Program-made: the position numbers and the translations under genes | In this document: one piece after another, positions 30,518 to 41,332 of the stretch | Layout of the letters: each line of letters begins with the position of its first letter | Numbering within the stretch: the stretch's first letter is position 1 | The notes under the pieces: generated by a model | Seen by the model: the letters and a program-made list of their open reading frames with translations, nothing else | Databases searched by the model: none | What the model was told of the DNA's origin: nothing | NCBI GenBank assembly: GCA_037443035.1 | Contig: JBBIPC010000004.1 | Span: 25,502 to 89,501 of the forward strand | DNA: 64,000 nt | Reading direction: 5' to 3' | DNA from: Chthonomonadales bacterium | GTDB taxonomy: Bacteria; Armatimonadota; Chthonomonadetes; Chthonomonadales; CAJBBX01

Positions 30518-33241
30518 CTAAGCCCTCTCCCTAGCCTTCCGCTGGAGTTCGTTCAGCTTGACCAAAGCCTCGATCGGTGTCAGCGTAGTCAGGTCCAGTA
30601 CCTGCAGCTCTTCGATCACAGGGTCTGGCTCCAAGTCGAACAACGTGAGTTGTACTTGCTTGCGACGCTCCTGAACAGCCACATCCTCGGACAGTTCGCG
30701 CGCTCGGCCACGCGTGCCATTCCGCTCCAGGTCTTGCAGAATCTCCCTGGCGCGACCCACGACTGCCGGCGGTACTCCTGCCATCCGCGCAACCTGAATG
30801 CCGTAGGACTTGTCGGTGCCACCTTCGACGAGGCGATGGAGGAACAGCACCCGGTCGCCCTGTTCCTTCACTGCCACGCGGTAGTTCCGCACGTTCGGTA
30901 TCCGCCTGGCCAGGTCGTTCAGCAGATGATAGTGAGTCGCGAACAGCGTGCGGCACTGCAACTGGGCAAGGTACTCCGCTACTGCCCACGCGATGGAGAC
31001 GCCGTCGTAGGTGCTCGTTCCTCGTCCGATTTCGTCGAGTATTACCAGCGACCGCCGTGTTGCGTTATTCAGAATGTTCGCCGTCTCGGTCATCTCGACC
31101 ATGAACGTGCTCTGACCGGTGGCGAGTTCGTCATGAGCTCCCACCCGAGTGAAGACGCGATCCACTAGTCCAATCGAAGCCGAATCCGCCGGTACGAAGC
31201 TGCCCATCTGGGCCATGATCGTGATGAGCGCAACCTGGCGCAAGTACGTAGACTTGCCCGACATGTTCGGGCCAGTAATGACGTGCAGGGAGCCGCCGTT
31301 GCAGTCCAGCACACAATCGTTCGGCACGAACGATGCGCGTTCCGATATCTGCTCCACCACAGGGTGCCGGCCGCCACGGATCTCGATGCGCTCGGTGTCG
31401 TTGACCTGCGGACGCGTGTAGCGGTTCCGCACAGCCACCTCCGCCATGCTCGAAATCCAGTCTAGCTCGGCGAGAGCACGCGCCACTCCTAGGAGGTCGG
31501 CCGATGCTTCGGAGACGCGCTGCCGCAGTTGTCCAAGGATACGGAACTCCAAGTCAAGCGCTTTCTCTTCCGCTCCGAGGACTCGTGCCTCTTGCTCCTT
31601 GAGCTCAGGGGTAATGAAGCGTTCACCGTTTGCCGTTGTCTGTTTCCGGATGTAATCGGACGGCACTTTGCTTAGATTGGGCCGTGTAACCTCGATGAAG
31701 TAGCCGAATACAGCATTGAAGCCCACCTTCAGCGATGCGATGCCCGTTCGCTGTCTCTCCGTTGCTTCCAGACTAGCGATCCACGACTTGCCCTCTTCCG
31801 AAAGCTTGCGTAGCGCGTCCAGTTCTGGTGAATACCCAGTCCGGACGATGCCGCCTTCGCGCACACCGGCAGGCGGATCATCCACAAGCGCCCGCTTCAG
31901 CATGTCACGTATCTCGGCCACACTGGGAGGCACGGCAAGGGAACTCCGCTCGCGTGCCAGCATGGTACCAGAGCACGCACTAGGGCTAGCGGGCTTGGGC
32001 CGCAAGACGTCTGCGACAGAGCGCACCAGTGCGGCTGGGCAGGACTCGATAGCGTCCGCCAGTGGCTCGAGCCGCTCCAGGGACAACCGTAGCGCCACCA
32101 GATCCCTCGCTCCCGCCAACCCCGCGGCCGCCCTCGATACAAGACGCTCCACGTCATTCACGTGACGGAGCAAGTCCCGAACATCACCACGTAAGATCTC
32201 ATCCTGAGCGAAGGTTGCCACTGCATCCAACCGCTTCTCTATTGTCTCCACGTCGAGGAGGGGCTCTTCGATTCGCCTCCGAAGCAAGCGAGCACCCATG
32301 GGTGTCTGCGTAAGGTCGAGAACGCTCAGCAGTGTTCGCGACCGGCTTCCATCCACGAGCGACGTGGTCAGCTCCAGGTTACGCCGTGCCACAACATCCA
32401 GGCCCATGAACGAGCGCGTCGAATAGGTGCTTAGCGTGGTGATGTGCTGCAGCGCTCCGACTTGAGTTTCGCGCAGGTACTCCAAGATCAGCGCGGCTGC
32501 TTCGACACCAGCGGTGTAGTCTTCGCAACCGAACCCGCGTAGGCTAGCAGTCTGGAAGTGCTGCATCAGCACATCTCGAGACGTGCGGGACCGAGGAACG
32601 TTGGTGGGAGAGTAGACCGTGACGGGTGCCGAGACACTGCTCTTGATCATGTCCGCAAGCTCCATGTCACCATCGGGAACGAGAATCTCGGCCGGTTCTA
32701 GCCGCAGGATCTCCTCCAGCAGTTCATCTGTCCGTTCCTCTCCGGTCAGCTCCGTCGTCAGAAACTCCCCTGTCGTAACGTCCACAACGCCCACCCCGGC
32801 GACAGGGTCCCTTACCACCGCTGCCACAAGGTAGTTGTTGGATCGGCTGTCCAGCAATGCCTCATCGAAGACCGTCCCTCGGGATAGAACACGCGTGACC
32901 CGCCGCTTCACCAGCCCCTTGGCCGTCTTCGGATCCTCCACCTGATCCATCAGCGCCACGCGATAGCCTCGTCGAAGAAGCCTTGCGACGTACCGCTCCA
33001 CTGCATGGTACGGTACACCAGCCATGGGCAGGCGCTGTGGTCCGTCGTCCTTACCTGTGAGAGTGATGCTCAGCTCATCAGCGATGGTCACGGCATCTGG
33101 TCCATACGCCTCGTAGAAATCGCCGACGCGCATGAGCAGGAGGACTCCCGGGTGCTCTTCTCTTGCCCGGAAGTACTGCTTCATGAGGGGGGTGTTCGGT
33201 ATCACCGGCCCGTTGTCCGCCGTGCACGATGCCTTGGCCAT
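30518..33241 (-). CDS. mutS: DNA mismatch repair protein MutS
   Basis: TPLMKQY, GDFYE, GPNMSGKS, STFMVE, DEIGRGT, FATHY, SYGIQVA, C-terminal clamp-binding-like QLTLF; start taken at ATG 33241. Confidence 0.97.
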   Translation of the reverse strand: MAKASCTADNGPVIPNTPLMKQYFRAREEHPGVLLLMRVGDFYEAYGPDAVTIADELSITLTGKDDGPQRLPMAGVPYHAVERYVARLLRRGYRVALMDQVEDPKTAKGLVKRRVTRVLSRGTVFDEALLDSRSNNYLVAAVVRDPVAGVGVVDVTTGEFLTTELTGEERTDELLEEILRLEPAEILVPDGDMELADMIKSSVSAPVTVYSPTNVPRSRTSRDVLMQHFQTASLRGFGCEDYTAGVEAAALILEYLRETQVGALQHITTLSTYSTRSFMGLDVVARRNLELTTSLVDGSRSRTLLSVLDLTQTPMGARLLRRRIEEPLLDVETIEKRLDAVATFAQDEILRGDVRDLLRHVNDVERLVSRAAAGLAGARDLVALRLSLERLEPLADAIESCPAALVRSVADVLRPKPASPSACSGTMLARERSSLAVPPSVAEIRDMLKRALVDDPPAGVREGGIVRTGYSPELDALRKLSEEGKSWIASLEATERQRTGIASLKVGFNAVFGYFIEVTRPNLSKVPSDYIRKQTTANGERFITPELKEQEARVLGAEEKALDLEFRILGQLRQRVSEASADLLGVARALAELDWISSMAEVAVRNRYTRPQVNDTERIEIRGGRHPVVEQISERASFVPNDCVLDCNGGSLHVITGPNMSGKSTYLRQVALITIMAQMGSFVPADSASIGLVDRVFTRVGAHDELATGQSTFMVEMTETANILNNATRRSLVILDEIGRGTSTYDGVSIAWAVAEYLAQLQCRTLFATHYHLLNDLARRIPNVRNYRVAVKEQGDRVLFLHRLVEGGTDKSYGIQVARMAGVPPAVVGRAREILQDLERNGTRGRARELSEDVAVQERRKQVQLTLFDLEPDPVIEELQVLDLTTLTPIEALVKLNELQRKARERA

Positions 33242-33312
33242 ATGCCGAAGGATACCCAGACACCGGATGTACGTCAACCGCAGATCCACGGTGAGGGACT
33301 CACGGCTTGGGG

Positions 33313-33428
33313 TATACTGCATTCGAGTCGCACACACCGCACCGACGTCGAGATTGCGCAGGGTCGCTCCAAGGAGGGGTGCTGCCAACCGTTGAGGCGT
33401 CGGGAGGACACAACCAGGAGGTAACCGC
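33313..33428 (+). promoter_or_regulatory. rpsB promoter -10 and structured 5' leader (putative S2 autoregulatory element)
   Basis: TATACT at 33313-33318; CACAC, stem CCGACGTC (33342-33349)/GGCGTCGG (33396-33403) enclosing GGTGCTG; AGGAGG RBS. Confidence 0.55.
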
Positions 33429-34316
33429 GTGGCAACCCTTACGATGAAGGAGCTCCTCGAGGCAGGAGTTCATTTCGGTCATCAGACTCGCCGGTGGAAC
33501 CCCAAGATGAAGCGCTACATCTATGGGGCACGAAACGGCATCTACATCATCGATCTTCATCAGACCCTCAAGCTCTACGAGACGGCGCAACAGTTCATTC
33601 AGGACGTCGTTCTGAACGGCCAGCACGTTCTCTTCGTCGGTACGAAGAAGCAAGCACAGGACGCCATCCAGGAGGCTGCCGTTCGTTCTCGCCAGTTCTA
33701 TGTGAACCAGAGATGGCTCGGTGGCATGCTGACGAACTTCCAGACCATCCAGTCGCGGGTCAAGCGGCTTCAGAGCCTCCGCCAACTGGAGGCAGACGGT
33801 ACGCTCGAGAGGCTCACGAAAAAGGAAGCGAAGGCGCTCGTCGAGGAGCGGATCAAACTGGAGCGGTATCTTGGCGGTATCGAGAGGATGCAGGTTCGCC
33901 CGGGAGCACTTTTCGTTGTGGACCTCAAGAAAGAGCACATTGCAGTTGCCGAAGCGCGCAAGCTGGGCATTCCCATTGTTGCGATCGTTGATACCAACTG
34001 CGATCCCGACGAGGTGGATTACGTCATCCCCGGCAATGACGATGCCATTCGCGCCATCAAGCTCATCGCGGGCAAGCTCGCCAGTGCCATCGTCGAGGTC
34101 ATGCAGGAGCGCTGGGATATGGAAGCTGAGGCGCCCGTCACGACGGTCGAGGAAGTGGCGCTGGAACCAGTGGAGGTTACAATGACCGAGGAAGATAGCC
34201 TATTCCTTGGTGACGAAGAGGACGAGTACGCTCGTATGGCCCAACGGCTGGAGGCGAGTGCACGCTCGTTGGACGACGATGATCTGGTCAAGGATGAGGA
34301 TTTCGAGGAGGAATAG
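33429..34316 (+). CDS. rpsB: 30S ribosomal protein S2
   Basis: [46 protein letters not shown]; acidic C-terminal tail. Confidence 0.99.
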   Translation: MATLTMKELLEAGVHFGHQTRRWNPKMKRYIYGARNGIYIIDLHQTLKLYETAQQFIQDVVLNGQHVLFVGTKKQAQDAIQEAAVRSRQFYVNQRWLGGMLTNFQTIQSRVKRLQSLRQLEADGTLERLTKKEAKALVEERIKLERYLGGIERMQVRPGALFVVDLKKEHIAVAEARKLGIPIVAIVDTNCDPDEVDYVIPGNDDAIRAIKLIAGKLASAIVEVMQERWDMEAEAPVTTVEEVALEPVEVTMTEEDSLFLGDEEDEYARMAQRLEASARSLDDDDLVKDEDFEEE

Positions 34317-34319
34317 GCG

Positions 34320-35180
34320 ATGGACATAACGGCACAGATGGTCAGCAAGCTCCGGGAACAGACCGGAGCGGGCATGATGGAATGCAAGCGGGCCCTCGTC
34401 GAGTGCGAGGGCGATTTCGAGAAGGCCATAGACCTCCTTCGCGTGCGCGGCAAGGCAGGCGCCGAGAAGCGTGCGGGGCGTGCCGCTGCAGAGGGAGTGG
34501 TAGCTGCATGTGTCGAGAACGGCGTGGCCGCTATGGTGGAGCTCAACAGTGAGACGGATTTCGTTGCGCGCAATCCTGAATTCCGCCAGACGGCCGAGAT
34601 CGCGGCAGCGATCGCATGCACCAACGGTATCGAGGACGTGGAGTCTCTGCGCAATGCTTCTGTGCCAGAGAGTCTCGGTGCACACGCGGGCAGGCAGCTC
34701 TCCGAACTTCTGGATGACCTCACATCTCGCATGCGCGAGAACATCGTTCTCCGGCGCTGCGCCGTGCTGAGATCGGGTACCGGCGAGATGGTAAGCGCCT
34801 ACGTTCACACAGTCACCAACAAGATTGCCGTTCTCGTACTACTCCGCGGCGATTCGTCGAATCCTGACCAAGCATCTCTGGCGCGCAACATCGCCATGCA
34901 CATCGCTGCGAGCAAGCCCCTGTACGTTCGCCGCGAAGAAGTGCCGGCAGACGTTCTGGACCACGAACGCCAGGTTCTCTCCGAGAAGACCCGAACCGAA
35001 GGCAAACCCGAGGCAGCTATACCCAAGATCGTCGAAGGACGTCTGGGCAAGTTCTACGAGCAGGTTTGCCTCGTGGACCAGCCATACGTTCGCGAACCTT
35101 CCCAGCGCGTTGGCTCCTTGCTCAAGGCAGCCGGTTTGGACGTTGTCGCCTTCCGTATGTTCGTTGTTGGACAGGAATAG
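34320..35180 (+). CDS. tsf: Elongation factor Ts
   Basis: LREQTGAGMMECKRAL, ELNSETDFVA, IAMHIAA, KIVEGR. Confidence 0.98.
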   Translation: MDITAQMVSKLREQTGAGMMECKRALVECEGDFEKAIDLLRVRGKAGAEKRAGRAAAEGVVAACVENGVAAMVELNSETDFVARNPEFRQTAEIAAAIACTNGIEDVESLRNASVPESLGAHAGRQLSELLDDLTSRMRENIVLRRCAVLRSGTGEMVSAYVHTVTNKIAVLVLLRGDSSNPDQASLARNIAMHIAASKPLYVRREEVPADVLDHERQVLSEKTRTEGKPEAAIPKIVEGRLGKFYEQVCLVDQPYVREPSQRVGSLLKAAGLDVVAFRMFVVGQE

Positions 35181-35902
35181 TGCCCGACCTGCGCTGGCAG
35201 CGTGTGCTCCTGAAGCTCTCCGGTGAAGCTCTGGCAGGGGAGCGGGGTTTCGGGTTCGATCCCGGTGCTGTCTCTCGCATCACGTCCGAGATTGCCACCT
35301 CTGTCGACACGGGTGTACAAATGGCGATCGTCGTTGGTGGCGGCAATGTTCTGCGCGGACACATAGCCTCGGAAGCAGGGATGCAGCGGGTCGTCGCTGA
35401 CCAAATCGGCATGCTGGCCACCGTGCAAAACGCCTTAGCGCTCCAGGATGGCTTGGAGAGACTGGGACTGGAAACGCGCGTTCAGACAGCCATCGAGATG
35501 ACCGAGCTCGCCGAACCGTTCATCCGGCGACGCGCCATCAGGCACCTCGAACAGGGCCGCCTTGTCATCTTCGCAGGCGGTACCGGCAATCCGTATTTCT
35601 CGACAGACACCGCCGCCGCACTGAGAGCTCTGGAGATAGGCGCGGAAGTCGTACTGAAGGCAACGAACGTAGACGGCATCTACGATGCGGATCCCCGCAA
35701 CACCGTTGGGGCGCGCCTATACCGAAGTGTCACGTATGCGGAGTGTATAGAGAAACGGCTCGGAGTCATGGATGTGGCTGCCTTCGCACTGTGCGAAGAC
35801 AATGATCTGCCCATCGTCGTCTTCTCACTTCAGAAGCCCGGCAACGTACGGGCCGTGCTGCTGGATGAGAACATTGGAACGATAGTACGGAGGAATCCAT
35901 GA
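35180..35902 (+). CDS. pyrH: UMP kinase
   Basis: RVLLKLSGEAL, VGGGN, GTGNPYFSTDTAAALRA, VDGIYDADP; GTG 35180 overlaps the tsf stop. Confidence 0.98.
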   Translation: MPDLRWQRVLLKLSGEALAGERGFGFDPGAVSRITSEIATSVDTGVQMAIVVGGGNVLRGHIASEAGMQRVVADQIGMLATVQNALALQDGLERLGLETRVQTAIEMTELAEPFIRRRAIRHLEQGRLVIFAGGTGNPYFSTDTAAALRALEIGAEVVLKATNVDGIYDADPRNTVGARLYRSVTYAECIEKRLGVMDVAAFALCEDNDLPIVVFSLQKPGNVRAVLLDENIGTIVRRNP

Positions 35903-36459
35903 GCATCGAAGACATCCTGAAGACCGCCGAACAGAAGATGGATAAGAGCGTCGAAGCTACCAGGCACGAGTTCACGCTCATCCGCACCGGTCGAGCGAAC
36001 CCGGCCATCGTCGAGCACGTGATTGTCAGCGCCTACGGAACCGAGCTGCCACTGCAGCAGGTGGCGACCGTCACCGTGCCTGAACCACGGATGCTTCTGA
36101 TAACCCCGTTCGACAGGAACACGCTTGCCGCCATCGAGAAGAGCATTCTCAAGTCCGATCTCAACCTGACTCCGATCAACGACGGGCAGAGCATCAAGCT
36201 CAACATTCCGCCTCTGACTGAAGAGCGCCGCAAGGAACTGATCAAGCTCCTCCACAAGAAGGCCGAGCAGGGCCACGCCGCTGTTCGCAACATCCGCCAA
36301 GAAGCGCACAATCACCTTCGCCAGCTTGTAAAGAACAAGGAATGCGGCGAGGATGACGAGCGTCGCGCGCAAGAGAAGCTCCAGAAGCTGACCAACGACA
36401 GGATCGCCGCAATCGACCAGGCCACGAAGCAGAAGGAGAAGGAGCTTCTGGAAGTCTAG
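35899..36459 (+). CDS. frr: Ribosome recycling factor
   Basis: IRTGRANP, PPLTEERRKEL, VRNIR, KEKELLEV. Confidence 0.98.
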   Translation: MSIEDILKTAEQKMDKSVEATRHEFTLIRTGRANPAIVEHVIVSAYGTELPLQQVATVTVPEPRMLLITPFDRNTLAAIEKSILKSDLNLTPINDGQSIKLNIPPLTEERRKELIKLLHKKAEQGHAAVRNIRQEAHNHLRQLVKNKECGEDDERRAQEKLQKLTNDRIAAIDQATKQKEKELLEV

Positions 36460-36504
36460 CCTGGCCGCAGCGACGGGGCTCTGCCAGGCGTGCGTCCCAT
36501 TCCT

Positions 36505-37233
<729 letters not shown>

Positions 37234-37304
37234 CACTGGAACTTCGCAAGGGTCCCTTCTGTAGAGTCCAATACAGCTATAGCGAGTTACCGGCGAGCGC
37301 GAGA

Positions 37305-38396
37305 ATGTTCCAGCAACCCCTCCCACCCGAGTACATGATCATGGGTCCCGACGAGGCGGCCGAGCACATCGGAACAGCACGCGCAAAGCTGGGCAGCATC
37401 CTTGTCATTCTGGGACATCACTACCAGCGCGATGAGATCATCCGCTGGGCCGATCACCGAGGGGACTCGCTCAAGCTATCGCAGATAGCAGCCCGTACAA
37501 ACGGTGCGTCGTACTTCGTCTTCTGCGGCGTCCACTTCATGGCTGAGACGGCTGACATTCTTACGCGTCCAGACCAAGTAGTCATATTGCCGAACATGTC
37601 CGCTGGCTGCTCCATGGCCGACATGGCGCGCCTCTCCCAGGTGGAGCGTGCGTGGGAGTTTCTCGGCCGCACATTAGGCAAGACGCGAGTCCTTCCGATC
37701 ACGTATGTGAACTCGGCTGCGAATCTGAAAGCTTTCGTAGGCAGCCATGACGGAGCGTGTTGCACCTCCTCCAATGCCAAGAGCGTTCTCGAATGGGCGC
37801 TGGAGCGCGGCGACAAGGTCTTTTTCTTCCCCGACCAGCACCTCGGCCGCAACACCGGCGTGGCCATGGGACTCGATCCAGACGAGGACATGGTTCTCTG
37901 GGATCCAGACGCGGTGGATGGAGGCGTCGAGGCACGTGCCTTGTCAAGCGCGCGCATTATCCTCTGGAAAGGACACTGTTCCGTCCACCAGCGGTTCACG
38001 GTCGAACAGATCCAGCAGGCTCGAGCGGAACACGAGAACGTGCGCATCATTGTCCATCCCGAATGCTCTCTCGACGTGGTGCGCGCCGCTGACTTGAGCG
38101 GTTCTACGGAGTTCATCCTCAAGACCATACAAGCTGCGGAGCCAGGCTCGGTATGGGGCGTCGGAACCGAGATCAACCTCGTGCGCCGGATGCAGGCGGA
38201 CATGCCTGATCGGACGGTCTTCTGTCTCGATCCCATCGTCTGTCCCTGCTCGACGATGTACCGGATCCATCCCCGCTATCTCGCATGGGTACTGGACAAC
38301 CTTGCTGCCGGTAACGTCGTAAACCGGGTCGAGGTGCCAGAGCCCATCAGGAGCCAGGCACGTCTCGCCCTGGATCGCATGCTCGAGATCACGTGA
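37305..38396 (+). CDS. nadA: Quinolinate synthase (Bacillus-type)
   Basis: GHHYQR, GDSL, CGVHFMAE, AGCSMADM, YVNS, PDQHLG, CSVH, HPEC, CSTM. Confidence 0.96.
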   Translation: MFQQPLPPEYMIMGPDEAAEHIGTARAKLGSILVILGHHYQRDEIIRWADHRGDSLKLSQIAARTNGASYFVFCGVHFMAETADILTRPDQVVILPNMSAGCSMADMARLSQVERAWEFLGRTLGKTRVLPITYVNSAANLKAFVGSHDGACCTSSNAKSVLEWALERGDKVFFFPDQHLGRNTGVAMGLDPDEDMVLWDPDAVDGGVEARALSSARIILWKGHCSVHQRFTVEQIQQARAEHENVRIIVHPECSLDVVRAADLSGSTEFILKTIQAAEPGSVWGVGTEINLVRRMQADMPDRTVFCLDPIVCPCSTMYRIHPRYLAWVLDNLAAGNVVNRVEVPEPIRSQARLALDRMLEIT

Positions 38397-38433
38397 GAAT
38401 GATTGTCGTTTCGATGCTAGCTTGCAGTCCGCG

Positions 38434-39948
38434 TCAGTGTTTCTCCGTCGGCATAGGTTGCGAACCTGAATAGTCGGCCAGTACCCGCACGATGCGATCC
38501 TGGATAGCCGTAGCATCGGCATTCCGGCACGCATGGTTGTTCATGAGGATCACGAACAAGTGTTCCTCCCCGGACTTCGCTCGAACGTAACCGGACAGGG
38601 AACTCACGTTGGAGACGTAGCCCGTTTTCGCCCGCACCTGGCCCTCGGCGGCTGTGCCTCGAAGCCGATTGCGAAGCGTTCCGTCCACCCCAGCAACAGG
38701 AAGTGATGCATACCAGTAGGCTCTGTGCTCGCGCTTGGCCATATAGCGAAGGAGGATCCGCAGAACGTTCGCTGTGACGAAGTTCATGCGAGACAAACCG
38801 GATCCATCTCGGATAATCAGGCCGTCCTCCGGCGCACCGATGCCACGCAGCCACTCGACCACAGCTTCCCGACCCGCTGACACCGTTCCTGCGCCTCTTC
38901 GGACTAGCCCTATGGTTCTCAACAGGCACTCGGCGCCAAGGTTGTCGGAGGGCTTGTTGACCAAGCTGATGATCTCCGACATGGGTCTGCTCTCGAATGA
39001 TGCGAGAACGCTGGACGCCGAAGCAGGAGTGGCACCTTCCGTCGCTTTTCCGCTCACGACGACGCTGGCTGCGCGAAGCCTCTGCCTCAGAACCTCGGCT
39101 GCATACAGCGCAGGACGCTCAACCGTGACTGGAATCGGCCGCGCATCGGCAGAACCTTCGAGCAGTGGAACGTCGCCCTCTACCATGACGACATCACGGC
39201 CCAGCACTCGCTCCACCGTCAAGCTGCTCGAGCTGCCTTTCGCCACGGTCCTTGTTCGGTTCATCACCGCGATACCGCTCGGCCTGGGCGTGATGGTGAC
39301 GCTCGCCTTCATCCCTGCTCGCTTGCCGGGGCTTACCGTGACCTGCAGGACGTTTCTATTCAGATTCAGCCCGCTCACCGGTGCGGAATAGTAGTAGCTC
39401 ATGTCATCCCACGACCAGCCGTAGCCGTACTGCGGCGGCGGGAAGCATGTGCCATCGCCGACGATCCTTCCCTCGATTCGCCGCACGCCGCGCCTTACCA
39501 TCTGTTTCACGAGTTCGTCTACGGCACCGCTATCGAGAAACGGATCCCCACTACCCTTCAGGTAGACGTCGCCTCGCAACGTCCCATCATGCAGATTGGC
39601 CGTGGCAGTCACGACGGAAGTGCGGTACCGGTACTCCGGCCCAAGCAGCACGAGCGCTGCCGCGGTCGTGATGAGCTTCTGATTGCTTGCGGGAATTAGC
39701 AGAAGGTCAGGGTTGCGCTCGTACCACACCGCACCGTCGGATAGTGACTCGACGATCACAGCTTGTATACCTCCGCGAAGCTGAGGCGATCTGAGGGCGG
39801 TATCGATCGCTTCGACGACGAAGGGAGGAGCAGCCGACTGCTCGACGGTGTTAGGTGCGTCTGCCGCCGCCGTCGCAACGCCAAGCAGCAGACAGAGAAG
39901 AAGAGAACAGGCACCAAGCCGCCGCTTCCGACCGGCCTGTCCGATCAT
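38434..39948 (-). CDS. dacB: D-alanyl-D-alanine carboxypeptidase/endopeptidase (peptidase S13, PBP4-like)
   Basis: Signal peptide; SxxK (PASNQK), GSGDP, SxN (PSDN), DGSGLSR, GVDGTL, KTG. Confidence 0.95.
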   Translation of the reverse strand: MIGQAGRKRRLGACSLLLCLLLGVATAAADAPNTVEQSAAPPFVVEAIDTALRSPQLRGGIQAVIVESLSDGAVWYERNPDLLLIPASNQKLITTAAALVLLGPEYRYRTSVVTATANLHDGTLRGDVYLKGSGDPFLDSGAVDELVKQMVRRGVRRIEGRIVGDGTCFPPPQYGYGWSWDDMSYYYSAPVSGLNLNRNVLQVTVSPGKRAGMKASVTITPRPSGIAVMNRTRTVAKGSSSSLTVERVLGRDVVMVEGDVPLLEGSADARPIPVTVERPALYAAEVLRQRLRAASVVVSGKATEGATPASASSVLASFESRPMSEIISLVNKPSDNLGAECLLRTIGLVRRGAGTVSAGREAVVEWLRGIGAPEDGLIIRDGSGLSRMNFVTANVLRILLRYMAKREHRAYWYASLPVAGVDGTLRNRLRGTAAEGQVRAKTGYVSNVSSLSGYVRAKSGEEHLFVILMNNHACRNADATAIQDRIVRVLADYSGSQPMPTEKH

Positions 39949-40292
39949 GCCTCGAACAACTCCTGCAGCGTTGGGCAGAGAACCCTGGCAATGAGCCCTT
40001 CAGGGTCGGTCACCAGCAAGAGCCGGTTAGCTGGGGGACGCTGCAGTAGCGTAAGGACATCCTCCACGACATAGGGGTCCTCGTCGCGAAGCAACGTGAA
40101 CTCGGTCTCATTCACCATGAGCAACCTGGCGTACTCGCCAAACGTCATCCGCGTAATTCTGCTCATGACGGAGTTCGTGTAGATGGTGATGTGATCGTTC
40201 AGGAAGAACGACCGAGTCAGTTCATCCTGATGACCAAAGGAAACGTCCAGCCAGTCGTCCTCAGCGTCATAGTCTAGTGCGATAGAGGTCAT
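39945..40292 (-). CDS. Hypothetical protein, weakly DUF2283-like N-terminus
   Basis: 115-aa acidic ORF, LDYDAEDDWLDVSF; 4-nt overlap with dacB. Confidence 0.6.
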   Translation of the reverse strand: MTSIALDYDAEDDWLDVSFGHQDELTRSFFLNDHITIYTNSVMSRITRMTFGEYARLLMVNETEFTLLRDEDPYVVEDVLTLLQRPPANRLLLVTDPEGLIARVLCPTLQELFEA

Positions 40293-40330
40293 ATTCCTGT
40301 CCCGTAGTGCGCGGACACGCAAGAGGCCAG

Positions 40331-40660
40331 CTAGAAGCGTTCGAACCGCTCCACGTTGATGACGAACGCGACCGCACCCCCTACGAGGACCTTGACGGGG
40401 GATGGCATGAACGCGCCCACCGGCGCCGCATCTGGCGGAAGGACGTTTACGAACTGCTCACGTGTCTTGCAGGACTCCCCAATGACACTCAGCACCTTGT
40501 CGAGCTGATCTTCCTCGACACCGATCAGCAAGGTCACGTTGCCCTCTCGCAGGAACCCGCCCGTGCTGCCGATCTTGGTGAACTTGAAGCCGTTTCGCAG
40601 TAACGCTTCAGATATCTTGTTCTTGTCCCGATCGTGGACCACGGTTAGGACGAGTTTCAT
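40331..40660 (-). CDS. pstA: Cyclic di-AMP receptor PstA/DarA (PII-like, DUF970)
   Basis: MKLVLTVVHDRD, TKIGSTGGFLREGNVTLLIGV, VGGAVAFV; AGGAGG RBS; downstream of tmk as in Firmicutes. Confidence 0.93.
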   Translation of the reverse strand: MKLVLTVVHDRDKNKISEALLRNGFKFTKIGSTGGFLREGNVTLLIGVEEDQLDKVLSVIGESCKTREQFVNVLPPDAAPVGAFMPSPVKVLVGGAVAFVINVERFERF

Positions 40661-40717
40661 GGATAACCTCCTAGTCTGGGAGGCGCACCCTCCCGTTCCG
40701 TCACGCACGCCCTCCGC

Positions 40718-41332
40718 TCAGGTCGCAATCCCTCGCGTGCACAACTTGCGCCACAACTCCGCATGCACGCTATCCGGTGACTGACTACCGTCTATAACCA
40801 CCACGCGCCGTGGATTCGAAGCAGCTACCGCGAGATACCCATCACGCACGCGACGATGAAAGTCTAGCGGCTCCTCTTCCATGCGGTTCCGATCCTGTTG
40901 TCGGGTCAACCCCAGTTCGGGCGGTACATCGAGCACGAATGTGATGTCGGGCTCCAGACCCGCAGTCGCAAACACATTCAGCTCGGTCACGGTGCTGAGA
41001 TCGAGGCCGCGCCCATAGCCTTGGTATGCGACAGTCGAGTCGATATAACGGTCGCAAACGACGACGCAGCCATCCAGTACTGCAGGTCGGATGACATCGT
41101 CCGTGAGTTGCGCCCTAGCAGCGAGGAACAGCAGTAGCTCGGCACGCGCGCCCATCTCCGAACTCTTCTGCAGCAACAACCGCCGTATTTCCTCGCCCAG
41201 ACCGGTCCCGCCAGGTTCCCGCACGAGAACCACCGACCGCCCTTGCTGCTCTAGCCGCTCTCTTAGCCTCTGCGCCTGGGTCGTCTTGCCGGCGCCCTCG
41301 ATGCCCTCCAGAGTGATGAGTGCGCCGTTCAT
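40718..41332 (-). CDS. tmk: Thymidylate kinase
   Basis: [38 protein letters not shown]. Confidence 0.97.
   Translation of the reverse strand: MNGALITLEGIEGAGKTTQAQRLRERLEQQGRSVVLVREPGGTGLGEEIRRLLLQKSSEMGARAELLLFLAARAQLTDDVIRPAVLDGCVVVCDRYIDSTVAYQGYGRGLDLSTVTELNVFATAGLEPDITFVLDVPPELGLTRQQDRNRMEEEPLDFHRRVRDGYLAVAASNPRRVVVIDGSQSPDSVHAELWRKLCTRGIAT

Noticed and set aside
36459..36489. GCCTGGC...GCCAGGC hairpin between frr and uppS
   Set aside because: 7-bp GC stem with no U tract; too weak to call a terminator
37234..37304. Possible NrtR/NiaR operator upstream of nadA
   Set aside because: No convincing palindrome or GT-N7-AC core
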